Positions 11,716 through 23,000 of a DNA stretch of 64,000 nt are shown here, one piece after another; the stretch's first letter is position 1; the number at the start of each line of letters is the position of its first letter. The stretch covers positions 71,856,974 to 71,920,973 of the forward strand of contig CM120640.1 in assembly GCA_051362555.1 (NCBI GenBank), read 5' to 3'. The notes under the pieces are model-generated. The model searched no databases, was not told the DNA's origin, and worked only from the letters and a program-made list of their open reading frames with translations. The position numbers and the translations under genes were made by a program. This DNA comes from Lingula anatina (lineage: Eukaryota; Animalia; Brachiopoda).

Positions 11716-13373
11716 TCATAAGTAAATGCATTAATACCCCAAGCAAAGGGGTCTGCCTGCCATGAACAATATCTTTCAACTTGCGCATTTAATCTAGAGG
11801 CAAAAAGATCAATAAATGGATTTCCAAATTTTTCACATATCTTTTGAAATACATTCTCATTCAACTTCCATTCTAAACGTTCATTAAACTTCCTAGAAGC
11901 ATCATCAGCATCTACATTATCTTTCCCTGGCACATGGACACAGGTGAGCCAAACATTTTTCTCGATACACCAATGCCAAATCTTTTTTGCTATGTTATTG
12001 CAATCATAAGATTTAATTCCACCCATATTCTGAATATAGTCACATGCTGTAATATTATCACTCATGATCTTTACATGTTTATTTTCAAATCTAAATGTAA
12101 AAGACTGCAATGCATATAATATTGCTAGTAACTCTAAAGCATTTATATGAAGGTTAGCTTCTTCTGGAAACCATCTACCACCAATTTTTTGACCCTCCAA
12201 ATGAGCACCCCAGCCTAATTTGGATGCATCAGTATACAATATAATGTCAACATTTCCTTTGTCAATTTTCCTTCTTTGCAAGTGGACGTTTTCCATCCAC
12301 CATTGTAATTCTTGCTTCATACTAATTGTAATGTGCATCATAGCATCATAATTTCCATTGTTGCTTTTTAAAGCACTTATCTTCTGCTTTTCAAGTTCTC
12401 TATAATGGAGTTTACCATATTCAACAGCTGAGAATGTTGAAACTATAATTCCAATAACTTTAGCTACTAGTCTTACTTTTGCTTCTGTTTTAATGATAAG
12501 CATTTTACACTGCTGTACAATGTGATCCATTTTATCTTTAGGTAAAGTCACCGTCATACTTTCAGAATCAATTATATTTCCCAAAAACAACAATGATTGT
12601 TGGGGAATAAGGACAGACTTTTCTGCATTGATTATAAACCCAAGTGTTTCCATTAGATGTTTTGTGCATCTTATATTTTCAACACATTCAAGGTAATTAT
12701 CTGAACACAATAAACTGTCATCAATAAATCCTGAACTAGAATGGCCAAGACTTCTCAATTTTGCATATACAGGCTTTAATAATTTCGTAAATATTTTGGG
12801 CCCTTCAGAAACGCCATTTGCAAGGCATGTGTATTGATAGATATTTCCTTCCCAAACAAATCGAAAAAGAATTTGCTGTTCTTCTGCTATTTTCACACTA
12901 TAATATGCATGCTTTATATCAATTGATGCTAGGAAGCATCCTTTTGTCACTAAGGTCAATGCCTTTTCAAAAGTGTCCATTTTAAAATGTTCATAGGGAA
13001 TGTGTTGATTCAGCTTCTTAAGATTTAATATCATTCTGTATTCTCCATTCTTTTTAGGGCGTACAAAAATAGGAGATAAAAACTGCCCCGGTACACTTTG
13101 AACTTTCTTAATAACACCAAGATCAAGTAGTTTAGAAATTTCTTTCCTGATTATAATTGTTTCTTCTGTGTTAAACCTATATTTCACCATATCATTTAAG
13201 TTTTGAAATCCAATGTTGGTATCAACATTTATATGACAATTTTGTACTATATCCAAGATATATGGGTCACTGGTCAATTTTCTCCATTCATCTACAAACA
13301 AATGCAATCTACCAGCTTGAAATTTATGTCTCACCTCTAGTATCTGTTCTGATCCCACTGGCTGCTTTGCCAT
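11283..13373 (-). CDS. DIRS ORF2: reverse transcriptase, RNase H and methyltransferase-like domain
   Basis: 696 aa. RT motifs: SPIFVRPKK..YRMILNLK, IDIKHAY, FIDD. RNase H motifs: YTDAS..GWG, HINALEL, SDN, HVPGKDN..D..SR. MT-like motifs: IDLFAS and FPPF. Confidence 0.95.
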   Translation of the reverse strand: MAKQPVGSEQILEVRHKFQAGRLHLFVDEWRKLTSDPYILDIVQNCHINVDTNIGFQNLNDMVKYRFNTEETIIIRKEISKLLDLGVIKKVQSVPGQFLSPIFVRPKKNGEYRMILNLKKLNQHIPYEHFKMDTFEKALTLVTKGCFLASIDIKHAYYSVKIAEEQQILFRFVWEGNIYQYTCLANGVSEGPKIFTKLLKPVYAKLRSLGHSSSGFIDDSLLCSDNYLECVENIRCTKHLMETLGFIINAEKSVLIPQQSLLFLGNIIDSESMTVTLPKDKMDHIVQQCKMLIIKTEAKVRLVAKVIGIIVSTFSAVEYGKLHYRELEKQKISALKSNNGNYDAMMHITISMKQELQWWMENVHLQRRKIDKGNVDIILYTDASKLGWGAHLEGQKIGGRWFPEEANLHINALELLAILYALQSFTFRFENKHVKIMSDNITACDYIQNMGGIKSYDCNNIAKKIWHWCIEKNVWLTCVHVPGKDNVDADDASRKFNERLEWKLNENVFQKICEKFGNPFIDLFASRLNAQVERYCSWQADPFAWGINAFTYDWGTLNYVYLFPPFSLLGHCIQKIRKDKARGIIVAPVWPTQIWFAKLMELLVENPIVIQKKKGLLTLPGNKLPVEHPLMDKLKLIVCKVSGNSLENEAFLSNQPTYLCHLGVQEQRNNTTCSLNAGSNTVVKGKLIQFHHMWKR

Positions 13374-14476
13374 GAGAAGTTTTTTGAATCTGCATGTGCA
13401 CCCCTCTGGGAAGAACTTCCTCGGCCACGATTGTACCTTCCTCTCATTCGTCCCCTGAATCGTGGGCCCCTTTGGTATGGGCGGTTTCTATAATCCAAGC
13501 CCATTCTACTCTGCATCATTTTATAACTCATTTTCGCAGAATCTTCCACTTCCCTTGCAGATTTGGTAATATCATCTCCAAAGAGAAAAGTTGTGCACGG
13601 AATGTTATGATTGCACAAAGGTTTGTACTCTGGCTTGAGGTTTGGTTTTAACAAATCCTTTCTAAAACAGTTAATCTGAGTATTGGCATGACCAAGCAAA
13701 GCAATACTGTCATTGAACATATCAATGAGTTTTCCAAGCCCTTCACTCGTATCATTTCCTGTTTCTAACTTAGCCAGTTTGTCTATTCCTTTAGTCATCA
13801 ACGTAGCTGCTTTTACAACTGACATTTGAACATCCTGTAACTTCTTATCATTTGTTTTGGCATATTGAGGAATAATGTTCCATACCATTTTATTGGTTTT
13901 GACTATCACCAAACTTTCACAGTTTTTTGGCCGTGAGTTATTTTCATCTTTGGTAAGTTCTGTATACTTTGAATGATCTACTATCCCATTGGTGAACAAA
14001 TCATTGACACTACTCGCCAACACACTGTCAACTTCCACGTCTGTATACTCTATTAATTTATATCTCTTCGTCATATCATCAAATCTGTTTGTGCTACTAG
14101 TACCTGCCTCCGGGCATGTTTCATCCTCCAATCTTTCATCATACTGTTCATCAAAGTCATAATTCTCCTCACAATATTCATCGTGATACAGGTACTGTTT
14201 CTCTAAAGTATCTATGCGTCCCACGACGCTGTTAATGCTCGTTTCCTGTCTCTGCACAGTTTCTTGTATATTTTTCATTATAGTTAAATATTCATCACTG
14301 TTATGACTAGATTTTGCTTTGTCGTCTAGTTTCCCCTTTCCTGTTCTAGTTCTTACTTTCTTTGCTTTAACGTCCTCGCTATTCTTACATGTATCTATTG
14401 CGGGTTTTGAAAGGCCCGGTAAAACAGCACTACACGTGCTTTCGGCCGCCATATTGAAATTAAGTTTGGCACACAA
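13337..14476 (-). CDS. DIRS ORF1, gag-like
   Basis: 379-aa ORF in first position, with a coiled-coil segment, an 'FLFGDDI' motif and an RG-rich C-terminus. It overlaps ORF2. The true start may be the ATG at MAAES. Confidence 0.85.
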   Translation of the reverse strand: MCAKLNFNMAAESTCSAVLPGLSKPAIDTCKNSEDVKAKKVRTRTGKGKLDDKAKSSHNSDEYLTIMKNIQETVQRQETSINSVVGRIDTLEKQYLYHDEYCEENYDFDEQYDERLEDETCPEAGTSSTNRFDDMTKRYKLIEYTDVEVDSVLASSVNDLFTNGIVDHSKYTELTKDENNSRPKNCESLVIVKTNKMVWNIIPQYAKTNDKKLQDVQMSVVKAATLMTKGIDKLAKLETGNDTSEGLGKLIDMFNDSIALLGHANTQINCFRKDLLKPNLKPEYKPLCNHNIPCTTFLFGDDITKSAREVEDSAKMSYKMMQSRMGLDYRNRPYQRGPRFRGRMRGRYNRGRGSSSQRGAHADSKNFSWQSSQWDQNRY

Positions 14477-15060
14477 ATGATTCGTAGCCTACAATGTGTA
14501 ACTACGTTACAGATCAATATATATGCCGCATAAAAGATTGCAACTCCGTTGCAAAAATGTTTCCAACTTAAGCAAACAAACTACGTTTGTTTTAGATTAT
14601 AATTCTGATAGAAATAGATCGCATCTATTTTCAGGCTGACTACCCAGCCGCATGTCACAAGCTAACTGAGTACGCATGCGCAAGCATATCTCATTTAAGA
14701 CTGACCGATATTTTTATACGAAATAGAATTGAAAGGCATTGCACACATTCACAAACCAGGGTTACACTATGTTGAAGATACTTGAAGTGATAATGGTTGT
14801 GCTGGTGTCAATTGTCACTGAGAATTATGTCATGTGCTGACATTTGGAGACATTGAGAGAATGCCTAGCCCAGAGTATGCACAGCATTCACCAGGATCTT
14901 CACATTGGTCTGATAGTATGGAGTGGACTTTATGTAGTCTGGCCTGGAACAGTGGAAAGCTTGCTTAAGTCACACTAGTATTAGCAACCATTTTAGATCG
15001 ATGGAATACAAAGACGAAAGTTGTTCCCATTTTAGCCTTGAATCAAGGCTCACATTGGAA

Positions 15061-15505
15061 CTATGGTTTACTTACTATTGTTATCATGAATATCACAAAT
15101 CAATCTGTGTTTAGAGACAACTGAATGCTACCAAATACTTGTATAAATTACAAATGAAGGCATACCTGGGGCTGGGTTTGTTCTATGGTTTACTTACTAT
15201 TGCTATCATGAATATCACAAATCAATCTGTATTAAAGACAACTGGATGCTGCCAAATACTTGTATAAGTTACAAATGAAGGCATACCTGGGGCTGGGTTT
15301 GTTCTATGGTTTACTTACTATTGTTATCATGAATATCACAAATCAATCTGTATTAAAGACAACTGGATGCTGCCAAATACTTGTATAAGTTACAAATGAA
15401 GGCATACCTGGGGCTGGGTTTGTTCTATGGTTTACTTACTATTGTTATCATGAATATCACAAATCAATCTGTATTAAAGACAACTGGATGCTGCCAAATA
15501 CTTAT
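15061..15505. repeat. 121-bp tandem repeat, ~3.7 copies
   Basis: CTATGGTTTACTTACTATTG at 15061, 15183, 15304 and 15425. Confidence 0.92.
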
Positions 15506-16526
15506 ATCAAATACATTTACTTGGGACTGAGTTTGTTCTAAATGTAGTCTCCATATTATGAATTAAAGTTAATAATTGACACATAAAAGGTACATATTGT
15601 GAGTAGATGAAAGCATTGCCACTACACTTGACCAAATGCATATACATGTAGTTTCAAATGGCATAACTTAAACAATAAGCACAGGGTTTTGTTTCATTAC
15701 TGCTTTTCCTTTCTGGTTTCATTACCCACTAGAGGAACGGATTAAAGGGTCAAGTTTACAACCAGAAATTTGGAGAAGGTACAATTGAAAGCCCTTTCTC
15801 AGGTGAACAAGTGATTAATTTGAATTATTTTTGGACACAGATTTTATTTGTGTGAGAAAATGACAGTAATAATTTGTATGCATTACAGTTGTGCTCTGGC
15901 TCATCCATCTTTAATTTTGAACTTGCAAGTGATTTTTTTAATTTCACTGATCTAGCTTGCCTTTTTTTTATTTTGCCATATACAAGTAATTCTAAGATCT
16001 CTTGATTATCATGAATGCTGATTTCCATTTTAAGTTACACAAAAGTAGTTTCTGGAGCAGTCACAAGCCACTGCCGTTTATCACATAAAGCCAAATGTTT
16101 CACTTAGACTTTAAAAGCTTACAGAATCTCATTCATTTGCCAATATTACACAACCAATGGGTGTGTAGGCAACTTTCAATAGCTCTGTATTAGTCAATCT
16201 AATACATTAAAACAGGGTATATAGGCAACCCTCACTGACTTTGTGTTAGCCAATCTAATACATCAATACAGGGGATATACCAAACCTCACTAACCCCTGT
16301 GACTTAGACATCGAAGGTGCATGCTACCAAACTATTTATTTTTAAGGCTTCCATGTTCTCGTCTTGTTGACAGATGTTTGTATTGAACTGTTACTTATAG
16401 CCATTTGGTATTTTGTTCTGTTGTTGTAAAAGGCTATCCTACAGTATAACCAAATGAAATAAACTTTTTACCATTTGCTATTTTTCTCTGATTATTTGTG
16501 ACTGCAGTAAGTTAGAACCAAAACAT

Positions 16527-16592
<66 letters not shown>
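16527..16592. repeat. Poly-G run, ~66 nt
   Basis: Homopolymer read directly from the sequence; its length is unreliable in assemblies. Confidence 0.9.
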
Positions 16593-16593
<1 letters not shown>

Positions 16594-17389
16594 GGGGAGA
16601 TATAATCTAGACAATTTGAGTGTTTGAGAGAAATGCAGCATTCGAAAATCAAGTTGAATAAGAGCTACCCACCAAGCCTGCATATGATGGCCAATGTTGG
16701 AGATAGGTTGGCATGTTGGCATATAGTTGGCCCTACTACAGCATTATATGTATCTCCTTATAACCATATAAATTGTGTTCCTAACAAAAAATTGTTAATT
16801 AACCAATTCATCTATTGCTCAGTTACACATATAGAGTTTTAATGAAGAAAATACAATTTTTTTTAAATTAAAAGTTAATCAAAATGACTTTTTTCTGGGG
16901 TCAAAATCATATTTTTGGTACTTCTGAAATATAAAACTCATATAAATTAGTATTAAATTATAATAAAAGATCAGACTGACTAGTAATTAAAGTAAAGTGC
17001 CTGAGCTACTGATGTCCATTTATGTGCAAATACAATGGTTATTTCAGGTAGACGGCATTTATTTCAACCTCTGTTTACCTTGAGTGTTGGTTTTATAAAT
17101 TATTGTACCAGTTACAACACTTTAACGTGTGTATATACTACATATACCTGTAATTTGCACAAGATGATTTCATAAAAAATGTAGCTTAATTTAAGGAGCT
17201 GTTTTCCTTGATCAAGAATCAAAGAGATGAGAATAAGGGTATTCTAACCAAGAAGCACTATATCAACAACTGTAGATTTAATATTTTTCCCAACTTAAGA
17301 AGAAGTTTATGGTATAGTTACATTAAAATATGAACAGCATGATGCAGTGAAATGTACTATCAGGCAGATGAAAAATGCATGGCAATGTG

Positions 17390-18082
17390 GAGTCTGTGTC
17401 TGTACAGAGCATCCATGTAATGAAAGGTGAAAGTCTGTCTGTACTGAACATCCATGTAATGAAAGGTGAGTCTGTGTCTGTACTAAACATCCATGTAATG
17501 AAAGGTGAAAGTCTGTGTCTGTACTGAACATCCATGTAATGAAAGGTGAAAGTCTCTGTCTGTACTGAACATCCATGTAATGAAAGGTGAAAGTCTGTCT
17601 GTACTGAACATCCATGTAATGAAAGGTGAAAGTCTGTGTCTGTACTGAACATCCATGTAATGAAAGGTGAAAGTCTGTCTGTACTGAACATCCATGTAAT
17701 GAAAGGTGAGTCTGTGTCTGTACTAAACATCCATGTAGTGAAAAGTGAAAGTCTGTGTCTGTACTGAACATCCATGTAATGAAAGGTGAAAGTCTGTGTC
17801 TGTACTAAACATCCATGTAGTGAAAGGTGAAAGTCTGTGTCTGTACTGAACATCCATGTAATGAAAGGTGAAAGTCTGTGTCTGTACTGAACATCCATGT
17901 AATGAAAGGTGAAAGTCTGTGTCTGTACTAAACATCCATGTAGTGAAAGGTGAAAGTCTGTGTCTGTACTGAACATCCATGTAATGAAAGGTGAAAGTCT
18001 CTGTCTGTACTGAACATCCATGTAATGAAAGGTGAAAGTCTGTGTCTGTACTGAACATCCATGTAATGAAAGGTGAAAGTCA
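17390..18082. repeat. 39/41-bp minisatellite, ~17 copies, downstream of the VPS37 stop
   Basis: Unit GTCTGTGTCTGTACTGAACATCCATGTAATGAAAGGTGAAA. Confidence 0.95.
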
Positions 18083-18274
18083 GGCTGAGTCTTGTTTTAC
18101 ATGTACCCAACTAAACATTTACAATGCTAATTCCGGCATCGGGTATTTTTCATATTACTTAAATATTATTTGCATAAATGTCAATTTTACTAAGTAGAGT
18201 TTCAGTAAAAATAACTTACTTTGATTCACTCTGAGAAAGTTTAAATTATGGTACACACTCTGTACTATACTGAG

Positions 18275-18441
18275 CAGGCCCGTAGCCAGGGATGTTTGGG
18301 GGGTGGTTGAAAAGAACTGCCCTTTTTGTCAGGTAAAGGTCCATTCTGGGCAAAATTTGACCTAGGTACACAAAAATTTCATTTCAAAAGGTACAATTTT
18401 CAGAAAAAGACCCCCTTTTGAAATTGCTGGCTACAGGCCTG
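18275..18441. mobile_element. 167-bp MITE, same family as 42068-42244
   Basis: TIR CAGGCCCGTAGCCAG...CTGGCTACAGGCCTG. Flanks CTGAG/CTGAA (4/5 match). The interior is similar to the 42-kb copy. Confidence 0.85.
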
Positions 18442-18636
18442 CTGAAAATAGTTAACTTGTTTAGAATATCCATCAATTATCGAGGATAGTATCCTGATGG
18501 CTCTGGCATCTGATATCCAGTTGTTGATTGATGTACACTTGGTAAGAATGTCTGTCAATTATCTAGGATAGTATCCTGATGATTCTGGCATCTGATATCC
18601 AGTTGTTGATTGATGTACACTTAGAATGTATGGTAA

Positions 18637-19534
18637 TTATCTAGGATAGTATCCTGATGGTTCTGGCATCTGATATCCAGTGGAAGAATTAGGATAAGGT
18701 GTCTGTGAGGCAGTCCACTGCTGTCCATAGGGAGATTTGCCAGAGGCTCGTGTCTGCAGCAGTTCTCCCATCTTCTCTGCCTTAATTCTTCGTAAGTGAG
18801 CCACGGTCCTCTCTCCAATAAATTTCTGGACAAACGCATCAACACTTAAACTACCATCAAGAAATTCTTCTGCCATTTTCTGTAAAATTAACAAATGAAT
18901 TAAGTTAATACCAAATCATTTATAAAGGGAGCATTCACAACATTTCATCTGTGGAGTAAGTAGTACACAAATCAATGAAAGCAAGCCATATAATCCCCTA
19001 ATAATAAAGTAATGGATTCCCTGCTCCCACAACTGCCGTCCTAGCAGGGGCAGAGCAATTAAATCTACGCACATGCTTTCACCATATTTGGTCCACGAAC
19101 TGGTTGGTCTGCAGACCAAGAAGCAAGACTAAGGATAGCAATATGGATAAAGTGACCATACAAAAGTTTTTTTCTTTTTTACACTGAGTTTTTCAAACAT
19201 ACAGAGACAAATGTATTTCTAAGATATAAAGCTCAAAGATAAAAGGCCTATAAAATGATTGAAATAAATATAATACAGCTATCAATTTGGTGACATAGTT
19301 TGAACTGAGCATGGATGTAGCATTCAGAATGCATGACGTAGTGAGTTTTGGCTGAACTAACATGTCAACTAAATAGGGATTTGAAAGCATTACTGCCAAT
19401 ACCTCTGTTTCTTCCTCTGATTTAGCGGCTTCAGTCTGCAGTAAGGCATGAACAGTGTCAGGACTTTGGCTATTTGCCTGGTTATCTGAAATATATCAAA
19501 CAGCCTAGGGTTAGAAATATAAGCCTTATATATA

Positions 19535-19605
<71 letters not shown>

Positions 19606-19742
19606 CAGGAAGATTAAAACACTGCCATGTAACACCCTTTAACCATTTTACCACACTGTCACAGAGAGGAAGACCAGTGTTCACTACACACACACACAAA
19701 CACATACACACACACCTTTACATACACACACACACACACACC

Positions 19743-19781
<39 letters not shown>

Positions 19782-20042
19782 TTACATACACACACACACA
19801 CAAACACATACACACACACATTTACATACACACAAACACATACACACACACCTTTACATACACACACACACACACACACGCACATACACACACACATACA
19901 CACCTTTACATACACACACACACATACACACAAACACATACACACACATATTTACATACACACAAACACACACACACACACACACACACACCAATATAGT
20001 AACAGGAAGAGGAACAGAGAGGTGACTTTGTTGTGTATAGGT

Positions 20043-20089
<47 letters not shown>

Positions 20090-23000
20090 TGACACAATAC
20101 ATCAAGAAAACATGACAATACAAATACAAACAAACAGACACTCGCTCACACACTCACACATAAGAGATGTTATACTATATAACACTTTTTAGTTAATTAC
20201 ATCGTCGTACGCTAAATCTTCAAATTGAAAATAACTTAATTATATTTGAATTGTACTGACAGATTGACTTATCTGTTTTCACCAGATATCTAAGCGATGA
20301 AATCAAACCTCCTAATGTTGGTTTACCCTGTGAACATCTTCTTAAATAAATATAAAATTTAAATTGCAACATAATGAGATTAATAATTGGAGAGAGGCTC
20401 GTAGAGCCGACTAAGCAATTCCTCTTTGAGACAGGTAGAGTAACTTGAGTATTAGATAATATATATTCTTCCAAATCGGTCAATAATTTTTGGGTAACCG
20501 CACAATTCCAGAATAAATGCTCAGTTGTTTCTTCAGCTCCTTTGCAAAGGGAACATATACTGCTATCGACCATTTTGTATTTGAAAAGCAGTGAATTTGT
20601 GGTAAGGATATTATGATTAATTCGAAATTGGAACCAGTGAAGCTTTGAATCTTTTGTTATTGTGAAAGGAAGTTCGAAAATCTTCGGGCATTCATTTTCC
20701 TCCAAATTTAACAACTCCTTCCATTTATTCATACCTTTTGACATCTCAAGAACACCTACTTTACTTAAAGTTTTATAATAAATCTTTGAGCCTTTTGAAC
20801 AACCTGACAGCAACAATATATGATCAGGAATTAAAGGAGTGGCAATTTTACTTAATTTTTCAGGAATACCACCAAGCCATTCTTTTATGGCTGAGATAAT
20901 TCCATGGTATTCGACAAAATTTGTGTCAATACCGTGGATGTCCCTGAACTCAGTGAAGTCATAGAACTCTCCAGAGTCCAGGAGTAAATCATTAACAAAT
21001 CTAATGTTTTTGTCGTACCACGATGTATAGAAGACAGGTTTATTTCCAATAAGTATATTTTCATTTAGAAAGAGTGGAATGTTACCAAAATCCTTGATTT
21101 TATTGGCCATTATTGTACCACAAAGTTCTTTCCAGGCTGCTAAGGCATCAATCCAGAATCTATTTTTTATGTTTTTCAAGATTTTTGAGATATATTCTGT
21201 ACCACATGTGATTAGTTTTTCAGTGTCTACATATTTAGATATAATATTTTTCCATTCTTTATTTTCGAACATAAGTCTTCTTACCCACGGAATTTTTAAC
21301 GATTTTATAAAATGCCTCACGCTTACCATCCTCAAGCCCCCAGCTTTATAATCTCTTATAATGATATTTCTTTTAATTTTATCAGGTTTATTATTCCAAA
21401 GAAAAGAAAAAAGACACTTTTCTAATTCTTTAATCTGTTTTTCCTCTGGGTTTGGGAGCGATATAAATATATGATTCAATACCGGCAAGGCTAATGTTTT
21501 TATTACTGTTATTTTACCAATTGGTGTTATATTTCTTACTCTCCACTGATTAAATATTTTTTTCATGGAAGTTAATTTGGTCTCCATATTTTGCTTCGTT
21601 ATCTTACCTAAATCTACGTCAAATTCTATCCCTAGCATTTTGAAACTAGTTTTTCCCCAATCTAATCTATATTTTGGGCAGAGGATATCTTTAGAGTATC
21701 GCTTTGACCCAATCCATATAACTTCAGTTTTAGAGAGATTAATATGCAGACCGGAGATCTTCGAAAATTTATCCAAGACAAACATACATTCATTCAGTGA
21801 CTTTTCACTCCCGTCAAGTATAAGAGTAGTGTCATCTGCATATAATGAAATTTTTAATTCTTTTGCACCTATATTAATACCCTTTATATCGTCATTGTTT
21901 CTTATAAACGCCGCCAATATTTCGGCGCATAGAATAAAGAGATAGGGTGAGAGGGGATCCCCCTGACGGCATCCTCTATTAATTTTAAAGAATTCCGACA
22001 TATTCCCCCCTTGATTTATTGTAGCAGAGATGTCATTGTAGAACAATGATACCCATCTCCTGACTGAATCACCAAAGTTAAAAAAGGTCAGAACCTTTTG
22101 AATGAATGACCAAGACAAGGAATCGAATGCCTTTTCAAAGTCAATTAATAACAGTAACCCAGGAATATTTTCTTCCTCAGTATACTGCATTGCATCGTAT
22201 ATAAGTCGCGTGTTCTCTCCGATATATCTGCCAGCCATGAAACCGGTTTGTTCCGGATATATTAATTTATCTAACACTAGTTTTACCCTAGCAGCTATCG
22301 AACCCGAGGCGATCTTGTATATAGTATTGAGAAGTGATATGGGGCGCCAGTTTTTAAGAAAGTGGCGTGGTTTATCTCCCTTCGGGAGGCAAGTGATTAT
22401 GCCCTGTTTTTGCGTCACCGATAACTGGCCAGTTTCGTAAGCAAAATTAATTGACCTGACAACAAAAGAGCTTAGTTGTCTCCAAAATACCTTATAAAAT
22501 TCAACTGAAAAGCCGTCAGTTCCCGGGGATTTGTTCGATTTCATTTTAGATAATGTTTGTGCTGCTTCTGCCTCCGTAATGGGCCCTTCCAATTCTGCAG
22601 CTTCCAGATTGCTGAGTTTATAAACATCGTTAAGGGTTACCTCATTATCTAGGTTAACATCTTCTATGTTATGCTCCCGGCATGCATACAGATTTTCATA
22701 AAATTTTTTGGTATTTTCTAGTATCTTCCCCTGGTTAACAATAATTGTGCCATCGTCTAGCTGAATTCTTGGAATCAGTTTATTGGTAAAATTTCTCGAT
22801 TCTAGACCACAAAAATATTTAGTTGGTTTTTCGCCTTCCTCCACCCACTTAGCTCTAGATCTTATAAATGCGCCTTGTAATTTTTCTTTTCGTACTTCCT
22901 CCAATTCTTTTTGCTTTTGTCTTAAAGTCTGAATATTGGCCTCGCAAGTTATATTTTCTAAAAGTTCAATTTCCTTAACTAACTTCTTTTCTATTTCTGA

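Larger units (their letters stand above)
9932..14730 (-). mobile_element. Full-length DIRS1-type tyrosine-recombinase retrotransposon (4.8 kb)
   Basis: Three overlapping intact ORFs (gag, RT/RNaseH/MT, YR). 34-bp inverted repeat at 10010-10043 and 14666-14699. Internal complementary region 10200-10323 pairs with 9932-10017 and with 14689-14730. AATT is present at both ends and at the ICR junction. Confidence 0.96.

Noticed and set aside
11283-11900. Methyltransferase-like plus integrase region read as a phage or bacterial defence system
   Set aside because: These are normal domains of DIRS1 retrotransposons, and the ITR/ICR structure confirms that identity.
16492-16722. Poly-proline ORF
   Set aside because: It is the antisense reading of a poly-G homopolymer.
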